64,000 bases of DNA from Candidatus Eiseniibacteriota bacterium (GCA_963762255.1 CAVXKA010000002.1:192001-256000); one strand, 5' to 3'. Positions 50,105 through 59,967 are shown, counted from the first letter of the stretch. The notes: generated by a model not told the origin, from the letters alone. A program made the numbers and translations.

Positions 50105-51007
50105 TCATGCCGCTCCGATCGAGAACGGTCGCGTGACCGTGCCTGAAGCGGCGTCCACGGTGTTGCGCATGAGCATGGCCACGGTCATGAGGCCGACGCC
50201 GCCCGGCACCGGCGTCATCGCCGAGGCAACCTCCGCCGCCTCGGGGGCCACGTCCCCCACCAGCTTCGTCTTGCCCGGCTTGTCCGGGTTGGCGACTCGG
50301 TTCATACCGACGTCGATCACCACCGCACCGGGCTTGACCATGTCCGCGGTCACCACCGCGGCGCGCCCCATCGCGGCAACCAGAACATCCGCGTCGCGGG
50401 TGAAACGCTCCGGCGAGCGGCTGCGGCTGTGCAGGAGGATCACGGTGGCGTCGCGGCCGCCCCCCTTCTGGCTCAACAGGTTCGCCAGCGGGCGGCCCAC
50501 CAGGTTCGAGCGCCCGAGCACGGCCACGGTCGCGCCGGCGAGATTCACCCCCTCGCGCACGAGGAGGTAGAAAACGCCGAGCGGCGTGCAGGGGATGAAC
50601 GCGGTATCGCCGCGCGCGAGCCGACCGATGTTCATGGGGTGGAGCCCGTCCACGTCCTTGGCCGGGTCGATGAGATCGAGGAGTTCGGTGGCGTTGAAAG
50701 CCGCCGGAAGCGGAAGCTGCAAGAGAATGCCGTGCACGCCGGGATCGCGATTGAGATCGCGGAGCGCGTCGCGCGCGCTGCCCGGATCGGTGTCGGCCGG
50801 AAGGATCACCTCTCGCGTGGCCACCCCGACAGCTTGCGAGGCTTCCGCCTTTTTGCGGAGATAGACGATGGAGGCGGGGTCCTCGCCGATGCGCATCATG
50901 GCCAGGGTCGGCACGATGCCTCGCGCCCGTAACGTAGCCGCGCGCGTCGCCGCTTCCTCCTGAATCTCCCCCGCGCGCAGGATGCCGTCGATACGCCGCG
51001 CCGTCAT
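50105..51007 (-). CDS. folD: Bifunctional methylenetetrahydrofolate dehydrogenase/cyclohydrolase
   Basis: YLRKK, QLPLP, KDVDG, PCTP, GRSNLVG and TPVPGGVG. Confidence 0.96.
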   Translation of the reverse strand: MTARRIDGILRAGEIQEEAATRAATLRARGIVPTLAMMRIGEDPASIVYLRKKAEASQAVGVATREVILPADTDPGSARDALRDLNRDPGVHGILLQLPLPAAFNATELLDLIDPAKDVDGLHPMNIGRLARGDTAFIPCTPLGVFYLLVREGVNLAGATVAVLGRSNLVGRPLANLLSQKGGGRDATVILLHSRSRSPERFTRDADVLVAAMGRAAVVTADMVKPGAVVIDVGMNRVANPDKPGKTKLVGDVAPEAAEVASAMTPVPGGVGLMTVAMLMRNTVDAASGTVTRPFSIGAA

Positions 51008-51801
51008 GCCGGTCCTCCATCCTCGATCACTCGCGCGATCCGCCGGATCGAACGGGCCCGCCCCGTGGCCTCGTCCAGATCCACCAGCACCGCGTAGAGC
51101 CGGATGTCGCGAGTGGCCGGCTGGAACTTCTGGTGAAGACCGGTCAGGAAGTGCGCGATCACCGCGTTCTTCTCCATGCCGATCACCGAATCGTAGGGTC
51201 CCGTCATCCCGACGTCCGAGATGTACGCTGTGCCGGCGGGGAGCACGCGCTCGTCCGCGGTGGGGATGTGGGTGTGGGTGCCCAGCACCGCCGAGACGCG
51301 ACCGTCGAGGTGCCAACCGAGGGCCATCTTCTCCGAGCTGGCCTCGGCGTGGACGTCGAGGATCACGTAGCGCGCTTCGCGCGAGCGCGCCTCGGCGATC
51401 AGCGCATCCGCCGCGCGGAAGGGGTCGTCGAAGGGCTTCATGAACACGCGCCCCAGCACGCAGCCGATCGCCATCTTGCCGCCGGGAGCATCGATGACCG
51501 CGAGCACGGCCCCCGGGGTGCCCGGCGGGTAGTTGGCGGGACGCACCACGCGCGCTTCACGCTCGATGTAGGCGTGTCCTTCGCGCTTGTCGAAGAGGTG
51601 GTTCCCGCTGGTGAGGACGTTCACCCCCGCCGCGAACATCTCGCCCGCGGTGTCGTGGGTGAGCCCCGCCCCGGCGGCGAGGTTCTCGCCGTTGGCCAGC
51701 ACGACGTCCACGTGCAACTCGCGGCGCAGCTCGGGGAGAAGTCGCACCACGGCCTGCCGGCCCGGGCGTCCCATCACGTCGCCGATGAAGAGCAAGTTCA
51801 T
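51004..51801 (-). CDS. ymdB: YmdB/TIGR00282 metallophosphoesterase
   Basis: IGDVMG, NGEN, GNH, RPANYP, HAEASSEK, GTHTH and DVGMTG. Confidence 0.93.
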   Translation of the reverse strand: MNLLFIGDVMGRPGRQAVVRLLPELRRELHVDVVLANGENLAAGAGLTHDTAGEMFAAGVNVLTSGNHLFDKREGHAYIEREARVVRPANYPPGTPGAVLAVIDAPGGKMAIGCVLGRVFMKPFDDPFRAADALIAEARSREARYVILDVHAEASSEKMALGWHLDGRVSAVLGTHTHIPTADERVLPAGTAYISDVGMTGPYDSVIGMEKNAVIAHFLTGLHQKFQPATRDIRLYAVLVDLDEATGRARSIRRIARVIEDGGPA

Positions 51802-51812
51802 AAGAAAAGAAA

Positions 51813-51988
51813 ATTCCCCGCCGAATGCCGTGTGAGTCGGGTTTTTGAACCTAAACTTACCAGGTGGGCGCCGTATTCCGGAGTTCGTGTTCCCCGCGAG
51901 CGGGGATCACTCCGTCCGATCTTCAAGCTCCCGAAGTCTAGGTGTTGGCTCAAAAATACCTGGAATCATCACGGACAGGGCAGGGAAT
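51813..51988 (-). ncRNA. ssrS: 6S RNA
   Basis: Terminal pairing TTCCCTGCC/GGCGGGGAA and TTTTGAGCC/GGTTCAAAA; GGGAGC...GCGCCCACCTGG core; about 176 nt; canonical position downstream of zapA. Confidence 0.85.
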
Positions 51989-52056
51989 CTTCAAACCCGC
52001 CTGTTCTGTGCTTTCGACGCGCCGCGACCGTGACCGCGACACATCACCACACGATG

Positions 52057-52350
52057 TTAGCCCTCGGTCAGGGCGCCGTCCAGAAGTTCCTCGAGCCGCT
52101 CGAGCCGCCGCACCAGATCGCGGCGCGTACGCTTGCCATGCTCGCGCTCTTCGAGCAGCTCGCCGGCGATGGTGAGCGAGGTGAGCATGGAGACCTTGGC
52201 CTGCGACTGCGTTCCCTTGGGATCGAACTCCCGCATCTTGCCGTCCACGTAGGCGGCGATACCGGCGAGCGCCTCCGGACTCATGTCCGTCCGCAGATCG
52301 TACGGGGTGCCGCGCAGCTCCACCTTGAGCGTGCGCACCGTCTTTTCCAT
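52057..52350 (-). CDS. zapA: Cell division protein ZapA
   Basis: KVELRGTPY, IAAYVDGKMRE and SMLTSLTIAGEL. Confidence 0.88.
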   Translation of the reverse strand: MEKTVRTLKVELRGTPYDLRTDMSPEALAGIAAYVDGKMREFDPKGTQSQAKVSMLTSLTIAGELLEEREHGKRTRRDLVRRLERLEELLDGALTEG

Positions 52351-52395
52351 CGTTCACCTCCTCGCGCGATGGGTCCAAGGCCCCTGCCGCGGTGC

Positions 52396-52716
52396 CTATT
52401 CGGGCTGCATCCCCTCGACCAGGCCGAGGATCGACTCCACCCGCCGCGCCAGCGTGGCGCGCTCGTGGAGCAGATCGTCGCGCTGCCGCGATATCCGCTC
52501 CACCTCGCCCCCGCTCGCCCGTTCCTCTTCGATCGTCGATTCCAGTTCCTCGATGCGGGCGTCCCGCTCCGCCAGTTGCTCCGCGAGGGCGTCACGCTCC
52601 GAGCGCGCCTCGCGCAGGGCTTCGAGGACGCGCACCACATGCCCCTCCAGCCGCTCCAGTGCCTCGGCCGCATGCGCGGCCTGCGCCGCCTCGACGTCCG
52701 TCTCGATGATGCTCAT
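52396..52716 (-). CDS. ZapB-like coiled-coil protein
   Basis: All-coiled-coil, LERLEGHV...RRVESIL; lies between pheT and zapA. Confidence 0.7.
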   Translation of the reverse strand: MSIIETDVEAAQAAHAAEALERLEGHVVRVLEALREARSERDALAEQLAERDARIEELESTIEEERASGGEVERISRQRDDLLHERATLARRVESILGLVEGMQPE

Positions 52717-52738
52717 GCCGTTCCCTTCCGCGGCGCGC

Positions 52739-55156
52739 TCAGGTGTCGCGCCGCGTGATGCCGCGCTGCCCCAGACCGTTCACGATCCGATCCACGGCGG
52801 CGTCCACGTCCTTGTCTTCCAGCGTCCGATCGGGGGCGCGAAACGTCAGGCTGTACCCGAGCCCCACAAACCCGGACGGAATGTGCTTGCCTCGATAGTG
52901 ATCGAACAGTTCCACCGCCACCAGGTGCACGCCCGCCAGCTCGCGGAGCCAGCCGCGCACCTCGTCCTGCGTGCGCTCGGCGGGGACCACCAACGCGAGA
53001 TCGCGGCGCATCGACGGAAAGCGCGACGGTTCTTCGTAGCGGCGCGGCACACCGGTGTCGAGAGGAAGCGCGTCGAGGCGCACCTGCCCCACGTACACCG
53101 GCCGGTTCAATTCGAAGCGCGCGCGGGTGCCCGCGTCGGTCTCCCACACGAATCCGACGTTGCGATCCCCGCTCACGATGCCGATCGCGCCGGGTGGAAC
53201 GACGTCCGCGTCAGAATAGGGTCGCCACTGGGTGCCGTCAATTCCGCAGGCGGCGAGCAACGCCTCCACGAATCCCTTGAAGTCCTGAAGCCCCAGGCTG
53301 CGCTGCGCGCGCTCGAGCGACGAGGCAAACGTCCCGCCGGCGGCAGCGAGACCGATCCACTCCGTCTCTTCCGGGAGCTCGTCCGCGCCCTCCTCGATCG
53401 AGGCGCGCCGGAAGGTCTTGCCGAGTTCGTAGAGGCGCACCTCGGCCAAGCCGTGGCGCAGGTTGTGCCCTACCGCGGCCAGGAGGGAGGGAACCAGCGA
53501 GACCCGAAGCCCCTCTTCTTCGCGAGAGCGCGGCTCGAAGAGTGGAAAGAACGCCGCGTCCGACCGCTCCGCCGACACACCGACCAGCGTGGCGGCATCG
53601 CGCGAGGTGAGCGTGCGCGTGCAGGCCTCGTTGAATCCGAAACCGCGCAGGATCTCTCCGGCGCGACGGCGGCGCACTTCCTCCGCCTGGATGGGAGCGC
53701 TCACCGCGCTCGCGTTGTAGGCGCGCGAACCGATGGCGTCGTAGCCGCGATGCCGCGCGACCTCTTCCACCAGATCGCACTCCTCGAACACGTCGCGCCG
53801 CCACGAGGGGACGGTCACCCGCATCGTCCCGTCCTGCTCCCGCGCCACCTTGAACCCGAATGCGCGGAGCCGCGTTTCCACTTCATCCGCCGGGACGGCC
53901 TCGCCGAGCGTCTCCCCCACCTTCTCGGGGCGCAGCGTGACGAGACGCGGCGCGGTCAACGCGGGGTCGGCGATCTCCGCGAAACCCGGAGCGACCTCGC
54001 CGCCGGAGAGCTCCGCGATGAGCCCCGCCGCGCGGCGCGCGGCGCGGACAACGTTGCCCGGGTCCACGCCGCGACGGAAGCGAATGGCGGCATCCGTGTC
54101 GAGGCGCAGCGCGCGCGAGCCCTTCAGCACGCGCTCGGGGCGGAACCACGCCGCTTCGAGCACGATGTTCTTCGTCCCCTCGTGAACCTCGGTGTTGGCC
54201 CCTCCCATCACACCACCGGCCCCGATCGGACGTTCGCCGTCGGTGATGAGGAGCACCTCGGGGTCGAGCATGCGGTCCACGTCGTCGAGGGTGGTGAGCC
54301 GCTCGCCGGCGCGCGCGCGGCGCACCAGGATGCGGCCGGTGCCCAGACGCTCGGCGTCGAAGGAGTGGAGCGGCTGACCCATCTCCTGCATGACGAAGTT
54401 GGTGACATCCACGACGTTGTTGATGGAGCGCTGGCCCACCGCTTCGAGGCGCTTCACGAGCCACGCCGGCGAGGGACCGACGGTGACGCCGCGGATCAGG
54501 TGCGCGGTGAAGCGCCCGCAGTCTTCGAGGCTCTCGACGGCCACCCCGAACTCGCAGGCGGGGGCGCCCCCCTCGGGCACCGTCGACTCGGGCACGCGCA
54601 GCGGCTGCCCGGTTACGGCCGCGATCTCCCGCGCGAGGCCCAGATGACTCAGGCAGTCGCCGCGGTTGGCGGGGATGTCGATGTCGAGGATCACGTCCCC
54701 CGCTCCGAGCACCTTGGCAAGCGGGGTGCCGACCGGCGCCGGCTCGAGCTCGATGATGCCGGAGGCGTCGTCGCCGAGGCCGAGTTCGATCTGCGAGCAG
54801 AGCATGCCCATGCTGGTCTCGCCGCGGATCTTGCTCTTCTTGATGGTCATGCCGTTGGGGAGCGCGGTGCCGATGGTGGCCAGCGCCACGTACAGCCCGT
54901 CGCGCGCGTTCGGCGCGCCGCAGACGACGTCCAGCAGTTCGCCGTGGCCTGCGTCGACCTTGCAGAGGCTCAAACGGTCCGCGTTGGGATGCTGGCGGCG
55001 CTCGACGATGCGGGCCACCACCACGGTGTCGGGGATGGAGGCCGGGCGCTCGACGCGGTCCACCGGCAACCCGGCCATGGTGAGGCGGCGCGCGAGGACA
55101 TCCGGGTCCTCGGTCACGTCGGTGAAATCACGAATCCAGTTCAAGCTGAAGCGCAC
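52739..55156 (-). CDS. pheT: Phenylalanine--tRNA ligase beta subunit
   Basis: MRFSLNWI, HPNADRL, VCGAPN, NRGDCLS, DLVEEVAR and SRFPSMRRDLA. Confidence 0.97.
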   Translation of the reverse strand: MRFSLNWIRDFTDVTEDPDVLARRLTMAGLPVDRVERPASIPDTVVVARIVERRQHPNADRLSLCKVDAGHGELLDVVCGAPNARDGLYVALATIGTALPNGMTIKKSKIRGETSMGMLCSQIELGLGDDASGIIELEPAPVGTPLAKVLGAGDVILDIDIPANRGDCLSHLGLAREIAAVTGQPLRVPESTVPEGGAPACEFGVAVESLEDCGRFTAHLIRGVTVGPSPAWLVKRLEAVGQRSINNVVDVTNFVMQEMGQPLHSFDAERLGTGRILVRRARAGERLTTLDDVDRMLDPEVLLITDGERPIGAGGVMGGANTEVHEGTKNIVLEAAWFRPERVLKGSRALRLDTDAAIRFRRGVDPGNVVRAARRAAGLIAELSGGEVAPGFAEIADPALTAPRLVTLRPEKVGETLGEAVPADEVETRLRAFGFKVAREQDGTMRVTVPSWRRDVFEECDLVEEVARHRGYDAIGSRAYNASAVSAPIQAEEVRRRRAGEILRGFGFNEACTRTLTSRDAATLVGVSAERSDAAFFPLFEPRSREEEGLRVSLVPSLLAAVGHNLRHGLAEVRLYELGKTFRRASIEEGADELPEETEWIGLAAAGGTFASSLERAQRSLGLQDFKGFVEALLAACGIDGTQWRPYSDADVVPPGAIGIVSGDRNVGFVWETDAGTRARFELNRPVYVGQVRLDALPLDTGVPRRYEEPSRFPSMRRDLALVVPAERTQDEVRGWLRELAGVHLVAVELFDHYRGKHIPSGFVGLGYSLTFRAPDRTLEDKDVDAAVDRIVNGLGQRGITRRDT

Positions 55157-55262
55157 CGTGGTCTCCCCTGCGCGGGCGCGGCGGCCGAGACGCTCCGCGG
55201 AGGGGCGGACGGTCATCGCCGGCGCGATGTGGAGCGCGAATCCTACCACGCGCGCGATGGAA

Positions 55263-56285
55263 CTAGAACTGGGTGAGGATGCGGAGGTCGTTCTCGAAGA
55301 AGAGGCGAATGTCCGGGACGCCGTGGCGGAGCATCGTGACGCGCTCCACGCCCATGCCGGCGGCATAGCCCGAGACCGCCTCGGGATCGTAGCCGACGTT
55401 GCGCAGCACCCTGGGGTGAACCATGCCCGCCCCGAGGATCTCGATCCAGCCGCTCTGCTTGCAGAGACGGCAGCCCGCTCCCTTGCACTGGAAGCAGGAG
55501 ATGTCCATCTCCGCGCCCGGTTCCACGAACGGGAAGTAGCTCGGGCGGAAGCGCACGTCGAGGTGCCCGCCGAACATCTCGTGGGCGAACCGGGTGAGCG
55601 TCCCCCGGAGATCCTTCATCGTCACGCCGCGGTCCACGTAGAGGATCTCCACCTGGTGGAACTCGGAGGAATGCGTGGCGTCCTGGGCCTCGCGCCGGTA
55701 GACGCGTCCCGGGAACACCATGCGGATCGGCGGCGGCGTGCTCTCCATCACACGGATCTGCACCGGCGAGGTGTGCGTGCGCAGCAGGATGTTCTCCGAC
55801 GCGAAGAACGTGTCCTGCATGTCGCGGGCGGGGTGCCCCTTGGGGAAGTTGAGCGCCTCGAAGTTGTGGTAGTCGTCCTCCACATCCGGGCCGCGCGCCA
55901 CGGCGAAGCCCATGCCGCGGAAGATGTCGAGGATGCGCTCTTCGGTCTGGGTGAGCAGATGCGCGTGACCGCGCGGCGGGCGCACCCCGGGAAGGGTGAG
56001 ATCCTCGCGCACGGCGGCGGCGGCGCGGTTGAGCGCGGCCTCCCTCTCGGCGAGCGCGACATCGAGGGCCACCTTGGCCTCGTTCGCGGCCTGACCGACC
56101 CGCCCGCGCTCCGCGGGCGGAACGTCCTTGAGGCCGCGCAGGATCGCGGTCAACGGCGCCTTGCGGGTCAGATGCTGGATGCGAACCGCTTCGAGAGCGG
56201 CCGCATCCGCGGCCCCGGCGATCTCGGCCAGGGCCGTCTCGCGGATCCGCTCGACTTCCTGGATGAGGCTCAGCGCGTCGGCCAC
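55263..56285 (-). CDS. pheS: Phenylalanine--tRNA ligase alpha subunit
   Basis: HPARDMQDTF, LRTHTS, FHQVE, YFPFVEPG and GMGVER. Confidence 0.97.
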   Translation of the reverse strand: MADALSLIQEVERIRETALAEIAGAADAAALEAVRIQHLTRKAPLTAILRGLKDVPPAERGRVGQAANEAKVALDVALAEREAALNRAAAAVREDLTLPGVRPPRGHAHLLTQTEERILDIFRGMGFAVARGPDVEDDYHNFEALNFPKGHPARDMQDTFFASENILLRTHTSPVQIRVMESTPPPIRMVFPGRVYRREAQDATHSSEFHQVEILYVDRGVTMKDLRGTLTRFAHEMFGGHLDVRFRPSYFPFVEPGAEMDISCFQCKGAGCRLCKQSGWIEILGAGMVHPRVLRNVGYDPEAVSGYAAGMGVERVTMLRHGVPDIRLFFENDLRILTQF

Positions 56286-56289
56286 CGGA

Positions 56290-56649
56290 CTAGGCGTTCG
56301 CCGCGTCCCGCGCCACCTGAGCGAGCTGCGCAAAGGCCTCGCTGTCGTGCACCGCCAGCTCGGCCAGCACCTTGCGGTCGATCTCCACGTTGGCCAGCTT
56401 CAGCCCGCTGATGAAGACGCTGTAGGACAGCCCGTGCTGACGCGCGGCGGCGTTGATGCGTGTGATCCAGAGACGCCGAAAGTCGCGCTTCTTGCGACGG
56501 CGATGCTCCCACGCGAAGTGCAGACCGCGCATGACGGTCTCGTTCGCGCTCTTGAACAACTTGGACCGGCCGCCGAAGTTTCCCCTGGCGGCGGCCAAGA
56601 CCTTCTTTCGCCGGGCCCGACCCGGCACTACTCCAGTTGCGCGTGGCAT
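56290..56649 (-). CDS. rplT: 50S ribosomal protein L20
   Basis: RRRKKRDFRRLWITRINAA and DRKVLAELA. Confidence 0.98.
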   Translation of the reverse strand: MPRATGVVPGRARRKKVLAAARGNFGGRSKLFKSANETVMRGLHFAWEHRRRKKRDFRRLWITRINAAARQHGLSYSVFISGLKLANVEIDRKVLAELAVHDSEAFAQLAQVARDAANA

Positions 56650-56739
56650 GTTCGTTACCTCCCGCTCCCCGCTGGACGGGGGCGTAGCGGCGGAGACGAG
56701 AGCGCAGCGCGGCGCGCGGCTCTCCCGCCGGAAATCGGT

Positions 56740-56937
56740 CTAGCGGAGTCCCAACATCCTCTTCACCCGGTCGCCGTCGGCCGAGCTCACCATGGTGGAC
56801 TGGCGCAAGTTGCGCTTCCGCTTCGTCGTCTTCTTGGTCAGGATGTGGCTCTTGTACGCCTTGCCACGCTTGATGCGCCCCGAGGCGGTGCGCTTGAAGC
56901 GCTTGGCCGCGCCACGGTTCGTCTTCAACTTGGGCAT
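56740..56937 (-). CDS. rpmI: 50S ribosomal protein L35
   Basis: [15 protein letters not shown]...HILTKK. Confidence 0.98.
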   Translation of the reverse strand: MPKLKTNRGAAKRFKRTASGRIKRGKAYKSHILTKKTTKRKRNLRQSTMVSSADGDRVKRMLGLR

Positions 56938-56948
56938 CGTGATCTCCT

Positions 56949-57575
56949 TTAGCTCGGGCTCCCCGGCTTGGGAGTGTCGAGCGCTACTGGCTCCGGCGCC
57001 GCAGCCGGTCTTCCGGGCTCAGGCGCCTCATCCGGCTTGCCGGGCTTCGGCTTCTCTCCCCGACGGGGCATGAGGATCATCCCCATGGTGTGCCCTTCCA
57101 TGCGAGGAGGGGTTTCCAGCACGGCGATGTCCTGCAGCAACTCAGCAGCCTTGTCGAGCAACTGCCGGCCCAACTCCGAGTGCGCAACCTCGCGGCCTCG
57201 GAACATGACCGTGAACTTCACTTTGTCGTTCTCGTTCAAGAACGCGCGCGCATGGTTCACCTTGAACTCGAAGTCATGCTCGTCGATCTTGGGCCTGAAC
57301 TTCACTTCCTTGACTTGGATCCGGTGCTGGACCTTGCGCGCCTTGGCCGCTCGCTTGGCCATCTCGTACTTGTACTTGCCAAAGTCCATGATCCGGCACA
57401 CCGGCGGCGAGGCCTGCGGCGAGACCTCGACGAGATCCAGACCGTGCTCACGCGCGAGTCGGAGCGCTTCGTACGAGGACATCACCCCCACTTGACTGCC
57501 GTCCTCAGCGACCACTCGGACGCTGGGGATTCGGATGCGCTCGTTGACCCGCACCTGATCTTCTTTCTTTATTAT
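56949..57575 (-). CDS. infC: Translation initiation factor IF-3 (predicted ATA start)
   Basis: [30 protein letters not shown] and FRGRE; SD AGGAGGT 7 nt before an in-frame ATA. Confidence 0.96.
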   Translation of the reverse strand: MIKKEDQVRVNERIRIPSVRVVAEDGSQVGVMSSYEALRLAREHGLDLVEVSPQASPPVCRIMDFGKYKYEMAKRAAKARKVQHRIQVKEVKFRPKIDEHDFEFKVNHARAFLNENDKVKFTVMFRGREVAHSELGRQLLDKAAELLQDIAVLETPPRMEGHTMGMILMPRRGEKPKPGKPDEAPEPGRPAAAPEPVALDTPKPGSPS

Positions 57576-57650
57576 GCTATTTACCTCCTGTACTGATCCC
57601 CGGCCCGCCCCCGCTGTCGCGTGGGTGTTCCGGAGAAGGCCAGACCGTCC

Positions 57651-57897
57651 AAAAACGAAAAAGCGGAGCCGCGCGAGGACGCGCCTGCTCCGCTCTCACC
57701 GACGCGACGATCCCGGATGGAGTTCTCCCACCCGGTTCCGGCCACGGCACCCCCGCGAACGAGACGTCCACGGAGAGCTGGGTCCCGGAGCGACCTGTCG
57801 CAATCAGCGCCCCCCACTCGGGGGAACCCGGCCGACCGACGGACCGCCGCGCGAACGCGGGTCCCGCCGCCGGGTGAGAAGCAAACGCCCCTGCTTG
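57651..57897 (-). promoter_or_regulatory. L20-leader-like attenuator RNA with large structured insertion, upstream of infC-rpmI-rplT
   Basis: 5' AAGCAGGGGCGTTTGCTTCTCACC resembles the Firmicutes L20 leader; TCTCACC pairs with downstream GGTGAGA, which abuts a GCGGAGC...GCTCCGC-TTTTT terminator. Confidence 0.65.
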
Positions 57898-57913
57898 GCG
57901 CAAGCCCAGTATC

Positions 57914-59827
57914 TTATTGGTAGGCCGCCACCTCGGCAAGGACTTTCTCGAGGAACTCGGGCCGGCTGGTGGACCCCTGATCCCCCACCCCGTGGCGGCG
58001 GACCGAGACCGTCCCCGCCGCCTCGTCGCGGCGTCCCACCACCAGCATGTACGGGACTTTGAGGACCTCGGCGTCCCGAATCTTGGCTCCGATCTTCTCG
58101 TTGCGCTCGTCGATGTCCACCCGGATGCCGGCCGCGGCCAACTCGTCCCGAACCACCCCGGCATAGCCAAGGTTCTGTTCGCTGATGGGCAGGATCCGGG
58201 CCTGAACCGGGGCCAACCAGACGGGGAACGCCCCCGCGTAGTGCTCGATCAGGATCCCGAAGAACCGCTCGAGTGAACCCAGGAGCGCTCGGTGGATCAT
58301 ATAGGGGCGGTGCTTCGCGCCGTCCTCGCCGATGTAGGTCATGTCGAAGCGCTCGGGCTCGTTGAAGTCGAACTGGATCGTGCTGCACTGCCAGGAGCGG
58401 CCGATGGCGTCGCGGATCTTGATGTCGATCTTGGGGCCGTAGAACGCCCCTCCGCCGTCATCTACCTGGAAGGAGAGCCCGGTCTTCTCGAGGGCCGCGC
58501 GCAGCGCCCGCTCCGCCGCCGCCCAGCGCTCCGGCTCCCCCACCGCCTTGGCGGGACGGGTGGAGAGGTAGAGCTCGAAGTCCTGGAAGCCGAAGGTGCG
58601 CAGCATGTCCAGGCAGAAGTTGAGAACGCGGTCGATCTCGGCGTCCATCTGCGCCGGGCTCACGAAGAGGTGCGCGTCGTCCTGGGTGAAGCCCCGCACG
58701 CGCATGAGGCCGTGGAGCACGCCGGGAAGCTCGTAGCGATACACGGTGCCCAGCTCCGCCCACCGCAGCGGCAGCTCGCGATAGGAGCGCAGGTTCGTGT
58801 TGTAGATCTTGATATGGAAGGGGCAGTTCATCGGCTTGACGTAGAATTCCTGGTCGTCCATCACCATGGACGGGTACATCGCTTCTTTGTAGAAGTCGAG
58901 ATGTCCCGAGGTCTCCCAGAGGGCCGCGCGACCCACGTGCGGCGAGTAGACGAGCTCGTAGCCGTTGGCGAGGTGCGCGTCCCGCCAGTAGTCCTCGATG
59001 ACCTTGCGGATGCGCGCGCCACGCGGGTGCCAGAACACGAGGCCGCCCCCCACGTCCTCGTGGAGCGAGAACAGATCGAGTTCGCGGCCGAGCTTGCGAT
59101 GGTCGCGCTTCTTGGCTTCCTCGATGCGGGCCAGGTAGACCTCGAGCTGCTCCTTCGAATCCCACGCCGTGCCGTAGATGCGCTGCAGGCGATCGCGATT
59201 CGAGTCGCCGCGCCAGTAGGAGCCGGCCACGGAAAGGAGCTTGAACGCCCGCAGGCGGCCGGTGGTGGGCAGGTGCGGACCGGTGCAGAGATCCTCGAAC
59301 TCGCCGTGACGGTAGAGGGTGACCTCCGGATCGGCGATCCCCGCGAGGATCTCCACCTTGAACCGGTCATTGCGGCGCTCGAACTCGCGCACCGCCGCTT
59401 CCTTGGGGAGCCAGCTCTTCTGGAACGGCAGGTTGCGATCGACGATCTCCTGCATCTTCACTTCGATCGCGCGCAGATCGTCCTCGGTGAAGGGACGCTC
59501 GGTCTCGAAGTCATAGTAGAACCCGTCTTCGATGGCGGGACCGATCGCGTACTTGGTGTTGGGGAAGAGCTCGGCCACTGCCGAAGCCATGATGTGCGCC
59601 GTGCTGTGCCGGTACATCTCACGGCCGACGGGGTCGTTGAAATCCACGGGCACGACCTCGGCGCCGTCCACCGCACGCTCGGAAAGCCCCTGGAGCTTTT
59701 CGTCCACCTTCACGCCGTAAGCGTCGGCGGGCGCGCCGGCGAGGCGCAGCGCGTCCGCCCACACCCCCTCGGCGGGGACATCGACTTCGCGGAGGCCGTC
59801 CGCCAACCGAACCTTGACCTTGGCCAT
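57914..59827 (-). CDS. thrS: Threonine--tRNA ligase
   Basis: HSTAH, DLCTGPH, RDHRKLG, KPMNCP, RVRGFTQDDAH, GAFYGPK and HRALLGS. Confidence 0.98.
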   Translation of the reverse strand: MAKVKVRLADGLREVDVPAEGVWADALRLAGAPADAYGVKVDEKLQGLSERAVDGAEVVPVDFNDPVGREMYRHSTAHIMASAVAELFPNTKYAIGPAIEDGFYYDFETERPFTEDDLRAIEVKMQEIVDRNLPFQKSWLPKEAAVREFERRNDRFKVEILAGIADPEVTLYRHGEFEDLCTGPHLPTTGRLRAFKLLSVAGSYWRGDSNRDRLQRIYGTAWDSKEQLEVYLARIEEAKKRDHRKLGRELDLFSLHEDVGGGLVFWHPRGARIRKVIEDYWRDAHLANGYELVYSPHVGRAALWETSGHLDFYKEAMYPSMVMDDQEFYVKPMNCPFHIKIYNTNLRSYRELPLRWAELGTVYRYELPGVLHGLMRVRGFTQDDAHLFVSPAQMDAEIDRVLNFCLDMLRTFGFQDFELYLSTRPAKAVGEPERWAAAERALRAALEKTGLSFQVDDGGGAFYGPKIDIKIRDAIGRSWQCSTIQFDFNEPERFDMTYIGEDGAKHRPYMIHRALLGSLERFFGILIEHYAGAFPVWLAPVQARILPISEQNLGYAGVVRDELAAAGIRVDIDERNEKIGAKIRDAEVLKVPYMLVVGRRDEAAGTVSVRRHGVGDQGSTSRPEFLEKVLAEVAAYQ

Positions 59828-59881
59828 GAGCTTCACCTCGTTGGGAGCCGGTGCGATCCCTCGCCTCCCGGCCGTAAACAG

Positions 59882-59906
59882 CGACGCAGGCCGGAGGCCT
59901 GCGTCG
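59882..59906 (-). terminator. Perfect hairpin downstream of tRNA-Val
   Basis: CGACGCAGGCC-GGA-GGCCTGCGTCG followed by CTGTTT on the minus strand (weak U-tract). Confidence 0.4.
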
Positions 59907-59967
59907 AGCGGGAACCGGATCTGTGCCGGTGATGCCTCCTACCGGACCGGCGTCACCGAGATCGAAT

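Noticed and set aside
59828-59967. E. coli-type tRNA-Thr-mimic operator or T-box upstream of thrS
   Set aside because: Hairpins are present and one loop contains GGT, but there is no convincing 7-nt anticodon-like loop or T-box consensus
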